Of a stretch of DNA of 64,000 nucleotides, positions 48,265-58,131 are shown piece after piece. The notes below the pieces were generated by a model. That model worked only from the letters and a program-made list of their open reading frames with translations, did no database searches and had not been told where the DNA came from. The translations under genes were made by a program, and so were the position numbers. Source of the DNA: an uncultured bacterium (GTDB lineage Bacteria; Patescibacteriota; Minisyncoccia; CAIUEV01). The stretch is taken from positions 5,047 to 69,046 of the forward strand of contig CALFZX010000010.1 of the NCBI GenBank assembly GCA_937952315.1, read 5' to 3'. Every line of letters starts with the position of its first letter. Positions within the stretch are counted from its first letter, which is position 1.

Positions 48265-48756
48265 TTAGATGGATCTTTCGCCGATTCTGGTCAAAATTTC
48301 CAGCCTTTCTTCCAATAATGAAACTCTTTTTTCTCCCTCGTAAACAAGATCTTCGAGACTCATAATCAGCAGACCAAAATGCGGAGCAAAGATCCAGCTA
48401 TCGTATCCGGGAGGAAAAACTTCAAGAGAAGAATCGATTTTATCTTTAGCAAATAATCGAACAAAGTTTCCAGCTTCGTCCAAATACAATTTTCCATCCG
48501 GCAAATCAACCAAAAAAATACCCCCCGAGCCAGCAGGTTTTCGATCCAAAAATTGATATCGATCGATAAAGATATTCGGGTTGCCGTGCAGATGAAAAAG
48601 AAAATCAAGGTGGGGCTTGATCCTATCAATCAACAAATCGACGGTCACTTTGCATTGTTTTGCAAGCTTAAGACTCGAATCGTCCGGAAGAAACCTCAAT
48701 AAATTTAAAACTCGAAAATTTAAAGTATTTAAATCAGACAAACTGATACCTGTCAT
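48265..48756 (-). CDS. Hypothetical protein, possibly a degenerate metallophosphoesterase-like fold
   Basis: 'HLHGNPNIF...KPAGSGGIFLVDL' loosely resembles the C-terminal GHTH...NPGS region of YfcE/MJ0936-type phosphodiesterases. The N-terminal DxH/GD metal motifs are absent. Confidence 0.3.
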   Translation of the reverse strand: MTGISLSDLNTLNFRVLNLLRFLPDDSSLKLAKQCKVTVDLLIDRIKPHLDFLFHLHGNPNIFIDRYQFLDRKPAGSGGIFLVDLPDGKLYLDEAGNFVRLFAKDKIDSSLEVFPPGYDSWIFAPHFGLLIMSLEDLVYEGEKRVSLLEERLEILTRIGERSI

Positions 48757-48915
48757 TGCCTAACTCCTCTTTTAATATTTTCCCTTCAAAATTTTTGAAG
48801 GTTGAAGATGACTTAAATCAATTATTTTTTCGTGGCTTCCAACAATCAATTAAAGAACTTTTTATTGAGGCCAACATTATAGCAAGTTTTGTAGCAAGTC
48901 AAGAATTTTTTAGGC

Positions 48916-50001
48916 CTAGCGAGTTATTTCAAAGGTCTCCACTTCTTCCTTCAGTTTTCTGGCCTTATCGTTTTGGCGAAAATATTCACGCACGGGCTCA
49001 ATTATTTCATCGAGATAGGTAACTAAATTATTTTTGAGATCCAGCGGGTAAATCTCACCCGATTGGTAAAGTTTTTCCAGCTCGGCGTAAGAGTTGACTG
49101 TTATGTTGCCGCCGAATTTTTCTTCGCGATGGACAACCACCTGTGAATGCTTGAGGAAAACAATGTAGCGGAAATATTCCAGAACGGGGTTTAGCTCGAT
49201 TTCATTGGGCGGACAATAAGCTTTTCCGATTTTTTCGGCAATCTCCTCGCGAGTATCCGTCATAAAGACGGCTGAATCGGGTTTTGATTTTGACATTTTG
49301 AGAGCAATCGTCTGCTCGATTTTATCTTCTCCCTCCTTCAACTGATCCACCGGTGGCTTTAAGCTGATTAACATGTGATGATGAACGGCCGCCGGTTTTT
49401 CGAGTCCCAAAGCGGGAGCGATTTGACGGGCCAGCATGTTGACTTTTCGTTGATCCATGCCCAGTTGAGCGATATCAACGCCTAGAAAAAAAATATCGGC
49501 CGCCTGCATGGCCGGATAAAAAATTTGCGCAGCCGTTAAATTATCTGACTCTTTTCGTCCCATAATTTGAGAGCAACGAATAATGCGCTTTAGTGTGGTC
49601 TCTTTGGCAATTTTCAGAACGCTAAACCAATAGCCCGGTTTTTCCACTAGATCGGAAGCCCAAATGAATTCAATGCCTTTGGTGTCAAGACCGCACGCCT
49701 TCCAAACTTCAATGAAATAGCGACCGGTTTGCTGAATTTTTTTCAGATCCCCGCCCAGTTTGTTATTGGCGTAGGCATGCCAGTCGGCAATCAAAACTTT
49801 AAAGTGGATGCCGGCCTTAATAAGTTTTTGAATTGTCATAGCGCGAACAAAACCTTGAGCGACATGAATCCGACCGGAGGGCTCAAAACCGTCGTACGCA
49901 ACAAGTTTTTTCCCCTGTTTTATTTTCTCTTCAATCTCCGAGAGACCAATTATCTCCTCGCCCACTTCCTGAATCAGTTTTATTTTTTCTTCGGTAGTCA
50001 T
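48916..50001 (-). CDS. tyrS: Tyrosine--tRNA ligase, archaeal/eukaryotic type
   Basis: 'YDGFEPSGRIH', 'LIADWHAYANNKLGG', 'KMSKS', and 'KIGKAYCP...EKFGGNITVNSYAELEKL' align closely with Methanocaldococcus-type TyrRS blocks. 361 aa. Confidence 0.85.
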   Translation of the reverse strand: MTTEEKIKLIQEVGEEIIGLSEIEEKIKQGKKLVAYDGFEPSGRIHVAQGFVRAMTIQKLIKAGIHFKVLIADWHAYANNKLGGDLKKIQQTGRYFIEVWKACGLDTKGIEFIWASDLVEKPGYWFSVLKIAKETTLKRIIRCSQIMGRKESDNLTAAQIFYPAMQAADIFFLGVDIAQLGMDQRKVNMLARQIAPALGLEKPAAVHHHMLISLKPPVDQLKEGEDKIEQTIALKMSKSKPDSAVFMTDTREEIAEKIGKAYCPPNEIELNPVLEYFRYIVFLKHSQVVVHREEKFGGNITVNSYAELEKLYQSGEIYPLDLKNNLVTYLDEIIEPVREYFRQNDKARKLKEEVETFEITR

Positions 50002-50101
50002 AGTTTAGATTAAAAGCTATCTTCAAGCTATAATAATTTAATAATCTTGGAAAATAAAAAACCTCGACTGTAATAAGCCGAGGCTTGGTTAAAAGAACGA
50101 T

Positions 50102-51442
50102 TTAGGGTTTTATTACTAAGGTCCAACGCATTTCCGGAACAACCCAACAAGCTAACTCGGAAAGCTCTTTCAAGTTTACTGAACTGATTTCTCTTTCCCA
50201 CTCATGATAAGTGGGAATCTTCCCGGTAGCGGCCATATGGTCCGCCGCCTGTTCACAAAGATCAACACCGGAAATGTCAATCAATTTCAGCTTTTGAAGG
50301 ACTTTTTTCTTCATTTGTTCAAACAAATCAGTATTATTTTGGATTTGGTTGAAACAACGAATGACTGTGGTTTCAATTTCATCAATGGCGTTAAGTGAAA
50401 GAGCGGGACATTCGACAACCAACTCTTGGACATCGCTTAAATAGTAGTTCCGAGCTGACATGGAATAAGTCCAAGATTTTTTCTCACGGACTTCTTGATG
50501 GAGAAGCTTGCCAATCATTTCTTTCAAAAAATAGACCGACCAACGCTTGGTTTTCCCGGGAAAACGGGCAACACTTCGGTATCCTCCGCTGTTGGTCAGA
50601 CTTTCCTCCGCTGATTCGTAGTATTTTGATAAGCTGAAAAGATGAAAATTTTCTTTGGGCTTCTTAAACTCTTCCAGAGCAACGGGGAGAAGGTTTCTAT
50701 TTCCGGATTTTTCCTGAGCCAAATTGCTTCGAAAAAGAAGATCCATCAGCTCGTAAATTTTCAGTCCGCCGGTTGAAACAATGCTGATATTTTTCGGTAC
50801 ATAATTTCGATCGTAAAAATCTTTCAACTTTTCCTTATTTATTTCTTTAACCGATTCACGAAGACCCAAAGGAGAAACTGAACGAGAACGGAAGTATTCG
50901 GGATAAAGGCTTTGTCTCTCAAGAAGGGCGAGGTGATACTTGTGTTCCATGCTAAAGTAACGATCAAATTCGGCAAGAACAATTTGACGATTGCTTTCCA
51001 AGTCGGCGTCGAGCGCGTTTTCAAAAATCATTCTGCCGAAAAGATTAAAACTATCGATCATAAATTTTTGATTGGTCGGGCCAAAAAAACTGTAAATCGT
51101 TGCCGCATAGCTGGTTCTACCCAAATTTACCGAGCCCCCGAAATAATCAAATTTTTTTTCAATCTCCTTTCGATTAAAACCGGAACTTTCCGAAATCAGG
51201 TGTTCCACGAAATGAGCCGTTCCCTCGGCGCCAAACGGATCGGCGTCGCTACCGCTGTGCACTACCAAAAAAACCATTTGCCAGGGCCGATTCGGCCAGT
51301 AAGCTGAATGAAGCTCCAGACCGTTTGGAAAAATTGCATGGCTAAATTCACTCAACGGATCCCACATAAAAATGCCTCCTTTTAACTCCTTTTTAAAGTA
51401 CTGTTTCCGGCCGATGATAGGGCATCTAGACTTTTTTGTCAA
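50102..51442 (-). CDS. M16-family (pitrilysin/insulinase-like) zinc peptidase
   Basis: Inverted zinc motif 'HFVEH' with a downstream Glu. The true start is probably the internal Met 'MWDPL' at about 51367. Confidence 0.75.
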   Translation of the reverse strand: MTKKSRCPIIGRKQYFKKELKGGIFMWDPLSEFSHAIFPNGLELHSAYWPNRPWQMVFLVVHSGSDADPFGAEGTAHFVEHLISESSGFNRKEIEKKFDYFGGSVNLGRTSYAATIYSFFGPTNQKFMIDSFNLFGRMIFENALDADLESNRQIVLAEFDRYFSMEHKYHLALLERQSLYPEYFRSRSVSPLGLRESVKEINKEKLKDFYDRNYVPKNISIVSTGGLKIYELMDLLFRSNLAQEKSGNRNLLPVALEEFKKPKENFHLFSLSKYYESAEESLTNSGGYRSVARFPGKTKRWSVYFLKEMIGKLLHQEVREKKSWTYSMSARNYYLSDVQELVVECPALSLNAIDEIETTVIRCFNQIQNNTDLFEQMKKKVLQKLKLIDISGVDLCEQAADHMAATGKIPTYHEWEREISSVNLKELSELACWVVPEMRWTLVIKP

Positions 51443-51508
51443 AAAAAAATTAAGCTTTTTTTAAAAAATGAATTAAAATAAAAGCGTAAAAAGGTAAAAT
51501 AAAAATTT

Positions 51509-52807
51509 ATGCCCCAAAAAAAGAAGTATGTTATTTGGTCGGTTGTTGCCGTCCTGTTTTTGTCGTTTATCGGCCTGATTTTCTATTCTTTAACTGAAGA
51601 AAAGGCGCCGGAATATACTTTGGCGACGGTTGAAAGAGGCGATATTGTCCAGACCGTTTCTGTGACGGGCAGTTTGGTCGATCAGCAGGAGATTTATGCT
51701 GATTTTGAGACAGGCGGTCGAGTTGAGGAAGTTTTTTTCAAAGAGGGCCAGCGAATCGTCAGAGGGGAAATTTTGGCGACGCTTGATGACGAGAATCTTG
51801 CCTTATTGCGTGATCAGGCGGAGGCAAATTTTAAGAAAGCTAAAGCGGAAAACGAGGGAAACGATGAAAATCTACGAGAGCTGGAAGATGAATCGGATCG
51901 AGCGGAAGAACTCTTGGATCAGACAAAAGAATTGAATGATCAAAAGCTGGAGGAGGCGGAAAAAACTATTAAAAATGCGGAAGAGTATTATGATGCGGTC
52001 AAAGATTATTATGAAGAAAACAAGACGGCTCAAAACAAAATAACGCTGACTTCGGCAGAGAATAGCCTAAGATCAGCCAAGGAAGCGAAAAAAACTTTAG
52101 AAAAACAGTCGGAGTTGAATGAAATTTCGGCGGAAAACAATTTGAAAGCTATCAAATCAAAAATTGAAACTTTCGAGTCAGACTCTTCTGACGCTTCCCG
52201 AGACGCTTTTCTGGAAAGTGCCAAAAAAAATTTAGAATTGGCGGAAAACAATTTGAAAAAATCCGCCCTTGTTTCACCGGTAAATGGAACAGTGGCCACA
52301 ATTAATTTCAAGAAGGGAGAAGTCTGGGGAGCGACGGCCGGTCATTTTGCTAAAATAATCGGAAGCGAATTGATGATAGAAGCTCAGATTCCTGAGTCGG
52401 ATGTTCCGAAATTGAAGAAAGGCGCCGAAGCGGAATTTTCGCTCGACGCTCTGTCCGAAAATGAAAAATTCAAAGCTCGCCTGGTGGAAGTTAACCCGGC
52501 CGGAACAAGTATTCAAGATGTAGTTTCATACAAAACAACTTTCGTCACGGAAAGCTCGGACGACCGTTTCAAGCCTGACATGACGGTCAATCTTGATATT
52601 CTAACGGATAAAAAAATTGACGCACTGAGAATTCCTCTGCGAGCGGTCAAAATGGATGGGGATTTGAAATATGTTGAAATTTTAAATTCGGAAAATCGAC
52701 CTGAAAAACGGGAAGTTGTGACTGGTCTGGAAGGCGATGAGGGCTTGGTGGAAATTAAATCCGGTCTGAATGAAGGCGAAAAAGTCATAACTCTTAAGAA
52801 AGAATAA
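51509..52807 (+). CDS. MacA/HlyD-like periplasmic adaptor of an ABC efflux system
   Basis: N-terminal transmembrane helix, ~200 aa of coiled coil, C-terminal beta-barrel. It precedes the ABC ATPase by 1 nt. Confidence 0.7.
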   Translation: MPQKKKYVIWSVVAVLFLSFIGLIFYSLTEEKAPEYTLATVERGDIVQTVSVTGSLVDQQEIYADFETGGRVEEVFFKEGQRIVRGEILATLDDENLALLRDQAEANFKKAKAENEGNDENLRELEDESDRAEELLDQTKELNDQKLEEAEKTIKNAEEYYDAVKDYYEENKTAQNKITLTSAENSLRSAKEAKKTLEKQSELNEISAENNLKAIKSKIETFESDSSDASRDAFLESAKKNLELAENNLKKSALVSPVNGTVATINFKKGEVWGATAGHFAKIIGSELMIEAQIPESDVPKLKKGAEAEFSLDALSENEKFKARLVEVNPAGTSIQDVVSYKTTFVTESSDDRFKPDMTVNLDILTDKKIDALRIPLRAVKMDGDLKYVEILNSENRPEKREVVTGLEGDEGLVEIKSGLNEGEKVITLKKE

Positions 52808-52808
52808 G

Positions 52809-53546
52809 TTGATGAAAGAACCGTTAATTCGCACGGAAAATCTTTGTAAAACATATGAGAACGAAGGGTCTAAAACTATAGCCGTCTGCGGTGTCTCCTT
52901 TGCGATTGAGAAGGGAGAGTTTATTTCTATTATGGGGCCGAGCGGATCCGGAAAATCAACTCTGATGCATCTTTTGGGTTTATTAGACCGACCGACGGCC
53001 GGAAAATATTATCTTTTTGGTCGAGATATCTCCCTGCTTTCAGAGGATGAGTTGGCTCATTTGAGAAATGAAAAAATCGGATTTATTTTTCAGGCTTTCA
53101 ACCTGTTGCCAAAATTGACAGTTTATGAAAATATCGAACTACCCTTAATTTACGGAGCTAATTTGGGAACGCGCGAAAGAAAGGACAGAGTGACGCAAGC
53201 GCTCGAAAGTGTTTCCATCGAACACCGCAAAGATTACTACCCGAATCAACTTTCCGGCGGAGAAAAACAACGAGTGGCGATTGCCAGAGCGTTGGTGAAC
53301 CAACCGGAAATTATTTTTGCCGACGAGCCAACGGGAAATTTGGATTCTAAATCAGGCAGTCAGGTGATGAAAATTCTTGAAGAGCTGAACGAACAGGGAC
53401 ACACCGTTATTTTGGTGACACATGAAACTGTCACCGCTAACTACGCCAAGCGGATTCTTAAGGTTTTTGACGGAAAAATAGTTGACGACTACGAGGTTTC
53501 GGAGGAAAAACGAAGGCGAGCGGAGAAAAGAAAAAGGATTAAATAA
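52809..53546 (+). CDS. ABC transporter ATP-binding protein (MacB/LolD-type)
   Basis: Walker A 'GPSGSGKST', signature '[15 protein letters not shown]', Walker B 'IIFADEPT', H-loop. Confidence 0.9.
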   Translation: MMKEPLIRTENLCKTYENEGSKTIAVCGVSFAIEKGEFISIMGPSGSGKSTLMHLLGLLDRPTAGKYYLFGRDISLLSEDELAHLRNEKIGFIFQAFNLLPKLTVYENIELPLIYGANLGTRERKDRVTQALESVSIEHRKDYYPNQLSGGEKQRVAIARALVNQPEIIFADEPTGNLDSKSGSQVMKILEELNEQGHTVILVTHETVTANYAKRILKVFDGKIVDDYEVSEEKRRRAEKRKRIK

Positions 53547-53561
53547 AAAGTTTTAATTATC

Positions 53562-54806
53562 ATGCGTTTTTTTATTGATGCGATAAAAATTTCCTATTTA
53601 AATTTGACCGCCTCCAAATTTCGCTCCTTCTTGACGACACTGGGCGTGATTATCGGTGTTTCTTCCGTAATTATTGTAATTTCTATCGGCAATAGCGCTC
53701 AGGCTTTGATCATCGACCAAATCAAAAAAAACGGCTCCAACTTGATAGCTGTTCTGCCGGGAGCTTCCGAAGAAAAAGGTCCACCGGCGGTAGCTTTCGG
53801 TATTATTACTACTTCGTTGAAAAATCGAGATGCAAAGGCAATCGAGAATAGCGGTATTTCCGATGTTGAAGCAGTGACTGCTTATGTGACCGGCTCGGTA
53901 TTGATTAAGAATAGAGAAACGGCCATACAGAGCGATTTTCAGGGAGTAAGTTCCAATTTATTACAAGTTGAGAACAATGTTGAAGTGGCAGATGGACGAT
54001 TTTTCAGTCAGGCTGAAGATGAAAGCTTGGCTCGTTCAGTGGTTTTGGGCAGTGAAAGAGCGAAAGAGTTTTTCCCCGATCAAAACCCGATCGGAAAAAC
54101 CCTCACGGTAAAAAATTTAAAATTCAGTGTTGTCGGGGTGCTTAAAGAGCGAGGACAATCCGGATTTTCAAATTCAGATAAAAGTGTTTATTTCCCTCTT
54201 CTGACAGCTCAAAAGTTAATTGCGGGCGTCGACTATCTAAATGCTATTCGCATTAAAATTCGGAGCGAAGAAAATTTAACGACGGTTATGGAAGAAATTC
54301 GAATGATAATTAGAGAAAAACACGGTATAGATGATCCGGCAGAGGACGATTTTTCCGTAAGAAGTATAACACAGGCACTAAATATTCTTTCCTCGGTGAC
54401 AGATGTGCTTAAATATTTTTTAGTTTCTATCTCCGCTATCTCACTTCTGGTCGGCGGAGTTGGCATTATGAACATTATGTTGATTTCCGTGAAGCAGAGA
54501 ATTTGGGAGATTGGCCTGAGAAAAGCGATCGGAGCGCAGAAAAAAAATATCTTATTTCAATTTTTAACGGAGTCTATCTTTTTGACTTTGTTCGGTGGCG
54601 TAACCGGTATCCTAATCGGGGTGGGACTGAGCTACCTGATTTCTTTGATCGTAATATCCCTGGGTTATGAATGGCGCTTTATTGTAACGACCGGCTCCGT
54701 GCTTCTTTCCTTTAGTATTTCCCTTTTGGTCGGTCTTGTTTTTGGTATGTATCCCGCCTACAAGGCGGGTAAAGTCTCGCCGATGGAAGCTCTTCGTTAT
54801 GAATAA
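53562..54806 (+). CDS. ABC transporter permease, FtsX/MacB-type
   Basis: Transmembrane helix 1, a ~230-aa periplasmic domain, then 3 transmembrane helices ending in a 'GLVFGMYPAYKA' FtsX-like C-terminus. Confidence 0.8.
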   Translation: MRFFIDAIKISYLNLTASKFRSFLTTLGVIIGVSSVIIVISIGNSAQALIIDQIKKNGSNLIAVLPGASEEKGPPAVAFGIITTSLKNRDAKAIENSGISDVEAVTAYVTGSVLIKNRETAIQSDFQGVSSNLLQVENNVEVADGRFFSQAEDESLARSVVLGSERAKEFFPDQNPIGKTLTVKNLKFSVVGVLKERGQSGFSNSDKSVYFPLLTAQKLIAGVDYLNAIRIKIRSEENLTTVMEEIRMIIREKHGIDDPAEDDFSVRSITQALNILSSVTDVLKYFLVSISAISLLVGGVGIMNIMLISVKQRIWEIGLRKAIGAQKKNILFQFLTESIFLTLFGGVTGILIGVGLSYLISLIVISLGYEWRFIVTTGSVLLSFSISLLVGLVFGMYPAYKAGKVSPMEALRYE

Positions 54807-54817
54807 TTAAACTAAAA

Positions 54818-56059
54818 ATGAAATTACTCCTTCCCCTAAAATTTGCTTTGAAGAATCTTTCCGCCAATAAAGCGCGAACGGCTTTAACTTTGGTGGGGAT
54901 TGTTATCGGAATTACTTCCGTTATCTTAATTTCGGCCAGCGGTCAAGGAGTAAAACAATTTGTTCTTGGCCAAGTAGAAAGTTTTGGCTCCGATTCGATT
55001 CAAGTTGAGCCGAAAGTGCCAACCAGCAAGACAGGCGATGTGGGAGCGACAGCCAACAATGTTCAGATTACCACCCTTAAAATTGAAGATGCGGAAGCAA
55101 CTTTAAAATTGCCGAATGTTAAAAGTTTTTATGCCGGTTCGATCGGCCAGGCGTTAGGTAGTTACGGAAATACCAATAAAAAAATAATGCTCTTCGGCGC
55201 CAGTGAAGGAGCACCGACCATCGACTCGGGGTTAAAAATTCGAGATGGTCGTTTTTATTCCGAGTCAGAAAACGATAGTTTGGCCCAAGTGACAGTCATT
55301 GGGCAAGAGGTGGAAGATATTTTTTTCGGACGGGGAGAGGGCGTCGGAAAAGAAATTCGTATTAAGGGTAAAAAATTTAGAGTGATCGGGGTGCTGGAAG
55401 AAAGAGGCACGGTTGGCTTTATCAGTTTTGACTCGATGGCCTATGTTCCCATTAAAACTTTGCAAAAGAAGATTTTAGGTGTCGACCATATTCTATTTTT
55501 TACGGTTAAAATGAAAGATGCCTCATTAACGGACGATACGGTTAACGAAATCCGATTTTTACTTCGTGATCGACACAATATCGAGGATGAAGAAAAAGAA
55601 GATTTTGCCGTAGTCTCAATGAAGGAGGCGGCGGAAATGATCAAAGATATTTTTAACTCAATAAATATATTATTGCTTGCTCTGACCTCGGTTTCTTTGA
55701 TTGTCGGCGGAGTGGGCATTATGAATGTTATGTATGTTTCAGTGGTGGAGCGAACTTTTGAGATCGGCCTGAGAAAAGCGCTAGGTGCCAGTTCGAGCAG
55801 TATTTTAAGACAATTTCTGGTAGAAGCTGTCATTATCACTTTTTTGGGAGGTCTAATCGGAATTCTTTTGGGTTTTTTACTGTCCGCTTCCGCCTCCTAC
55901 TTATTCAGTCTGCTAGGCTATAACCTTGAGTTTGAAGTAACTTGGGACGGAGTGCTTTTGGCAACCGGTTTCTCTGTTTTGGTCGGAGTAATATTTGGCT
56001 TTTATCCCGCCTACAAAGCTTCAAAGCTTAGTCCGATGGAGGCGATTAGAAGAAATTAA
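54818..56059 (+). CDS. ABC transporter permease, FtsX/MacB-type (paralog)
   Basis: Same architecture as the previous permease. C-terminus 'GVIFGFYPAYKASKLSPMEAIR'. Confidence 0.8.
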   Translation: MKLLLPLKFALKNLSANKARTALTLVGIVIGITSVILISASGQGVKQFVLGQVESFGSDSIQVEPKVPTSKTGDVGATANNVQITTLKIEDAEATLKLPNVKSFYAGSIGQALGSYGNTNKKIMLFGASEGAPTIDSGLKIRDGRFYSESENDSLAQVTVIGQEVEDIFFGRGEGVGKEIRIKGKKFRVIGVLEERGTVGFISFDSMAYVPIKTLQKKILGVDHILFFTVKMKDASLTDDTVNEIRFLLRDRHNIEDEEKEDFAVVSMKEAAEMIKDIFNSINILLLALTSVSLIVGGVGIMNVMYVSVVERTFEIGLRKALGASSSSILRQFLVEAVIITFLGGLIGILLGFLLSASASYLFSLLGYNLEFEVTWDGVLLATGFSVLVGVIFGFYPAYKASKLSPMEAIRRN

Positions 56060-56109
56060 AAAGAAGTTTTAAAATTCACTTTAATCAGTTATAAATATTA
56101 AAATCAAAA

Positions 56110-58038
56110 ATGGATTTTTTGACGGAAAGAAAAATTGAAGCTTCTGGCTGGGTGATAAAGGCTCGTTGGTTTTATATGATAGGCATCCTGATTATCGGTT
56201 TTCTAACCAAAACCCTGAGCGAGTCGAATCTCAGCTTTTCCTATGTTGAAATGGTTTCAATCGTAATAATTTTTTCCGGAGTTAATATCTTTTTTATTCT
56301 TCTGCTCAAGAAAATAAAAAAAGAGCTGGAATTAACGGGAAAAGTGAACACTTTTTGGCTGGGTTTTTTGAATAAAACCCAAATCGTAGTTGAACTGATA
56401 ACTTTTACTTTTGTGATGCATAAAGCCGGTGGAGTAGAGAGTATTTCCTCCGTTTTCTTCTTTCTGCCGATAGTTTCGTCCGCCTTGATTTGCGAGGCCT
56501 ATGCCTCGATCGTGGTGGCTATCATCGCCGGTTTGCTCATAAACGCTCTGGTGCTCGGCGAATATGTCGGTTTTATTCCTCATATAGACCGATACATGGA
56601 ACCAACTTTGGATTATACTTCGCTTTCCGTCGGTCTCACCAAAACCATCACGACAGCCGTTTTCTATGTTGTTATCGGAATTTTTTCCACTTTCAGCTCT
56701 CGTTTGATTTTAAAAAGAGAGGCGTTATTGAGAGCGCAAAAGGAAGAACTGGATAAAGAGGGGGTGGTTCGAATCAATCAATTGGAACAAATTGAAAAAA
56801 CTACCAAACTGTTGGTTTCGCGGGATCGAGAGCTTTCAAAGATGAATAAAGAACTCGACAAGAAAATAAGAGAATTGGAATACTCAAAAACTTCCTTGAC
56901 TCAAGCGCTTGATGATTTAAATAAAAATAAGAAAATTATCGAGGAAGAAAAGAATAAAACCGCTTCCATCATCGCTAATTTTTCGGATCCGATTTTAGTT
57001 TTAAACAAAGAAAACAGACTCTCGCTTTTTAATGAACCGGCTAAAAAAATTCTCGGCTTGACGGACGCTGATTTGAATAAAGAAATTTCCAATAAAGACG
57101 AATTCAGCCTGGACAATTTCCGGGAAGTTATTCGTAAACGATTTGATTTTAAAAAATTGAGAAAACCGGAACGAGAAGAAATAGATTTGCTCGAAGAACT
57201 GAATTTAACCGCCACCCAAGAAGAAGACGAAAAGACTTTTAAAGTTATCACTGTCAAGATAACCGATAGCAAAAAAGAATATCGTGGAACGATGAAAATG
57301 TTTTACGATGTGACGCGCGAAAAAAATATCGACAAAATGAAATCCGACTTTATCTCAATTGCGGCGCACCAATTGAGAACTCCGCTTTCCGCCATCAAGT
57401 GGTCGGCCGGGATGCTCCTAAAGGGAGATATCGGCGAAATAACGCCGGAACAGGCTAATTTACTTCAAAAAAGCTACGACAGCAACGAAAGAATGATCAA
57501 TTTGGTTAACGATTTGCTCAATGTTTCTCGTATTGAGGAGGGCCGATTCGGCTATCATTTTGAGAATATTGAACTTTCAGAAATAGTCAAAATCATTTTG
57601 GAAACGGCTCGACCGATGACGGAAAAATCGGGAATAGAAATTGTGGTTGATGAAAAGATTGCCAAACTAAAAATTTGTGCCGACAAAGAAAAACTACTTC
57701 TAGCTTTGCAGAATTTGGTCGATAACGCTGTTAAATATACGCCAAACGGCGGGAAAGTTGAAATTAAAGTTAAAGATCAAAAAGAAGATTTCCTGATTCT
57801 TTCAATCAAAGATAACGGCGTCGGGATTCCGAAAAAAGATTTGCCGAAATTGTTTTCGAAATTTTTCCGCGCCTCCAATGTGATTTTAATGCAAACGGAC
57901 GGCACCGGTTTAGGTCTATTTATCGTCCGAAGTATCATTGAAAAACACGGCGGTAAGATTGAAGCTCAAAGCGAGGAGAATAAAGGCACGGAATTTATCT
58001 TGACCTTGCCGACGATCTGCAAGAAGGAGAGTGACTAA
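56110..58038 (+). CDS. Sensor histidine kinase
   Basis: Six or more N-terminal transmembrane helices, a coiled coil, HisKA H-box 'SIAAHQLRTPLSAI', and HATPase_c 'GTGLGLFIVRSIIEKHGG'. No adjacent response regulator. Confidence 0.85.
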   Translation: MDFLTERKIEASGWVIKARWFYMIGILIIGFLTKTLSESNLSFSYVEMVSIVIIFSGVNIFFILLLKKIKKELELTGKVNTFWLGFLNKTQIVVELITFTFVMHKAGGVESISSVFFFLPIVSSALICEAYASIVVAIIAGLLINALVLGEYVGFIPHIDRYMEPTLDYTSLSVGLTKTITTAVFYVVIGIFSTFSSRLILKREALLRAQKEELDKEGVVRINQLEQIEKTTKLLVSRDRELSKMNKELDKKIRELEYSKTSLTQALDDLNKNKKIIEEEKNKTASIIANFSDPILVLNKENRLSLFNEPAKKILGLTDADLNKEISNKDEFSLDNFREVIRKRFDFKKLRKPEREEIDLLEELNLTATQEEDEKTFKVITVKITDSKKEYRGTMKMFYDVTREKNIDKMKSDFISIAAHQLRTPLSAIKWSAGMLLKGDIGEITPEQANLLQKSYDSNERMINLVNDLLNVSRIEEGRFGYHFENIELSEIVKIILETARPMTEKSGIEIVVDEKIAKLKICADKEKLLLALQNLVDNAVKYTPNGGKVEIKVKDQKEDFLILSIKDNGVGIPKKDLPKLFSKFFRASNVILMQTDGTGLGLFIVRSIIEKHGGKIEAQSEENKGTEFILTLPTICKKESD

Positions 58039-58131
58039 AAATAGCGGACAGATAATGACAGGCGAGCAGACCGTTTCCATTTGCCTCTATCGTTTAGTTC
58101 GATTATTCTGTGCTTGATTAAGCAAACTTTT

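Noticed and set aside
52030-52854. Three minus-strand ORFs (93, 80 and 113 aa) antisense to the MacA-like gene
   Set aside because: Shadow ORFs of a Glu/Lys-rich coiled-coil coding region.
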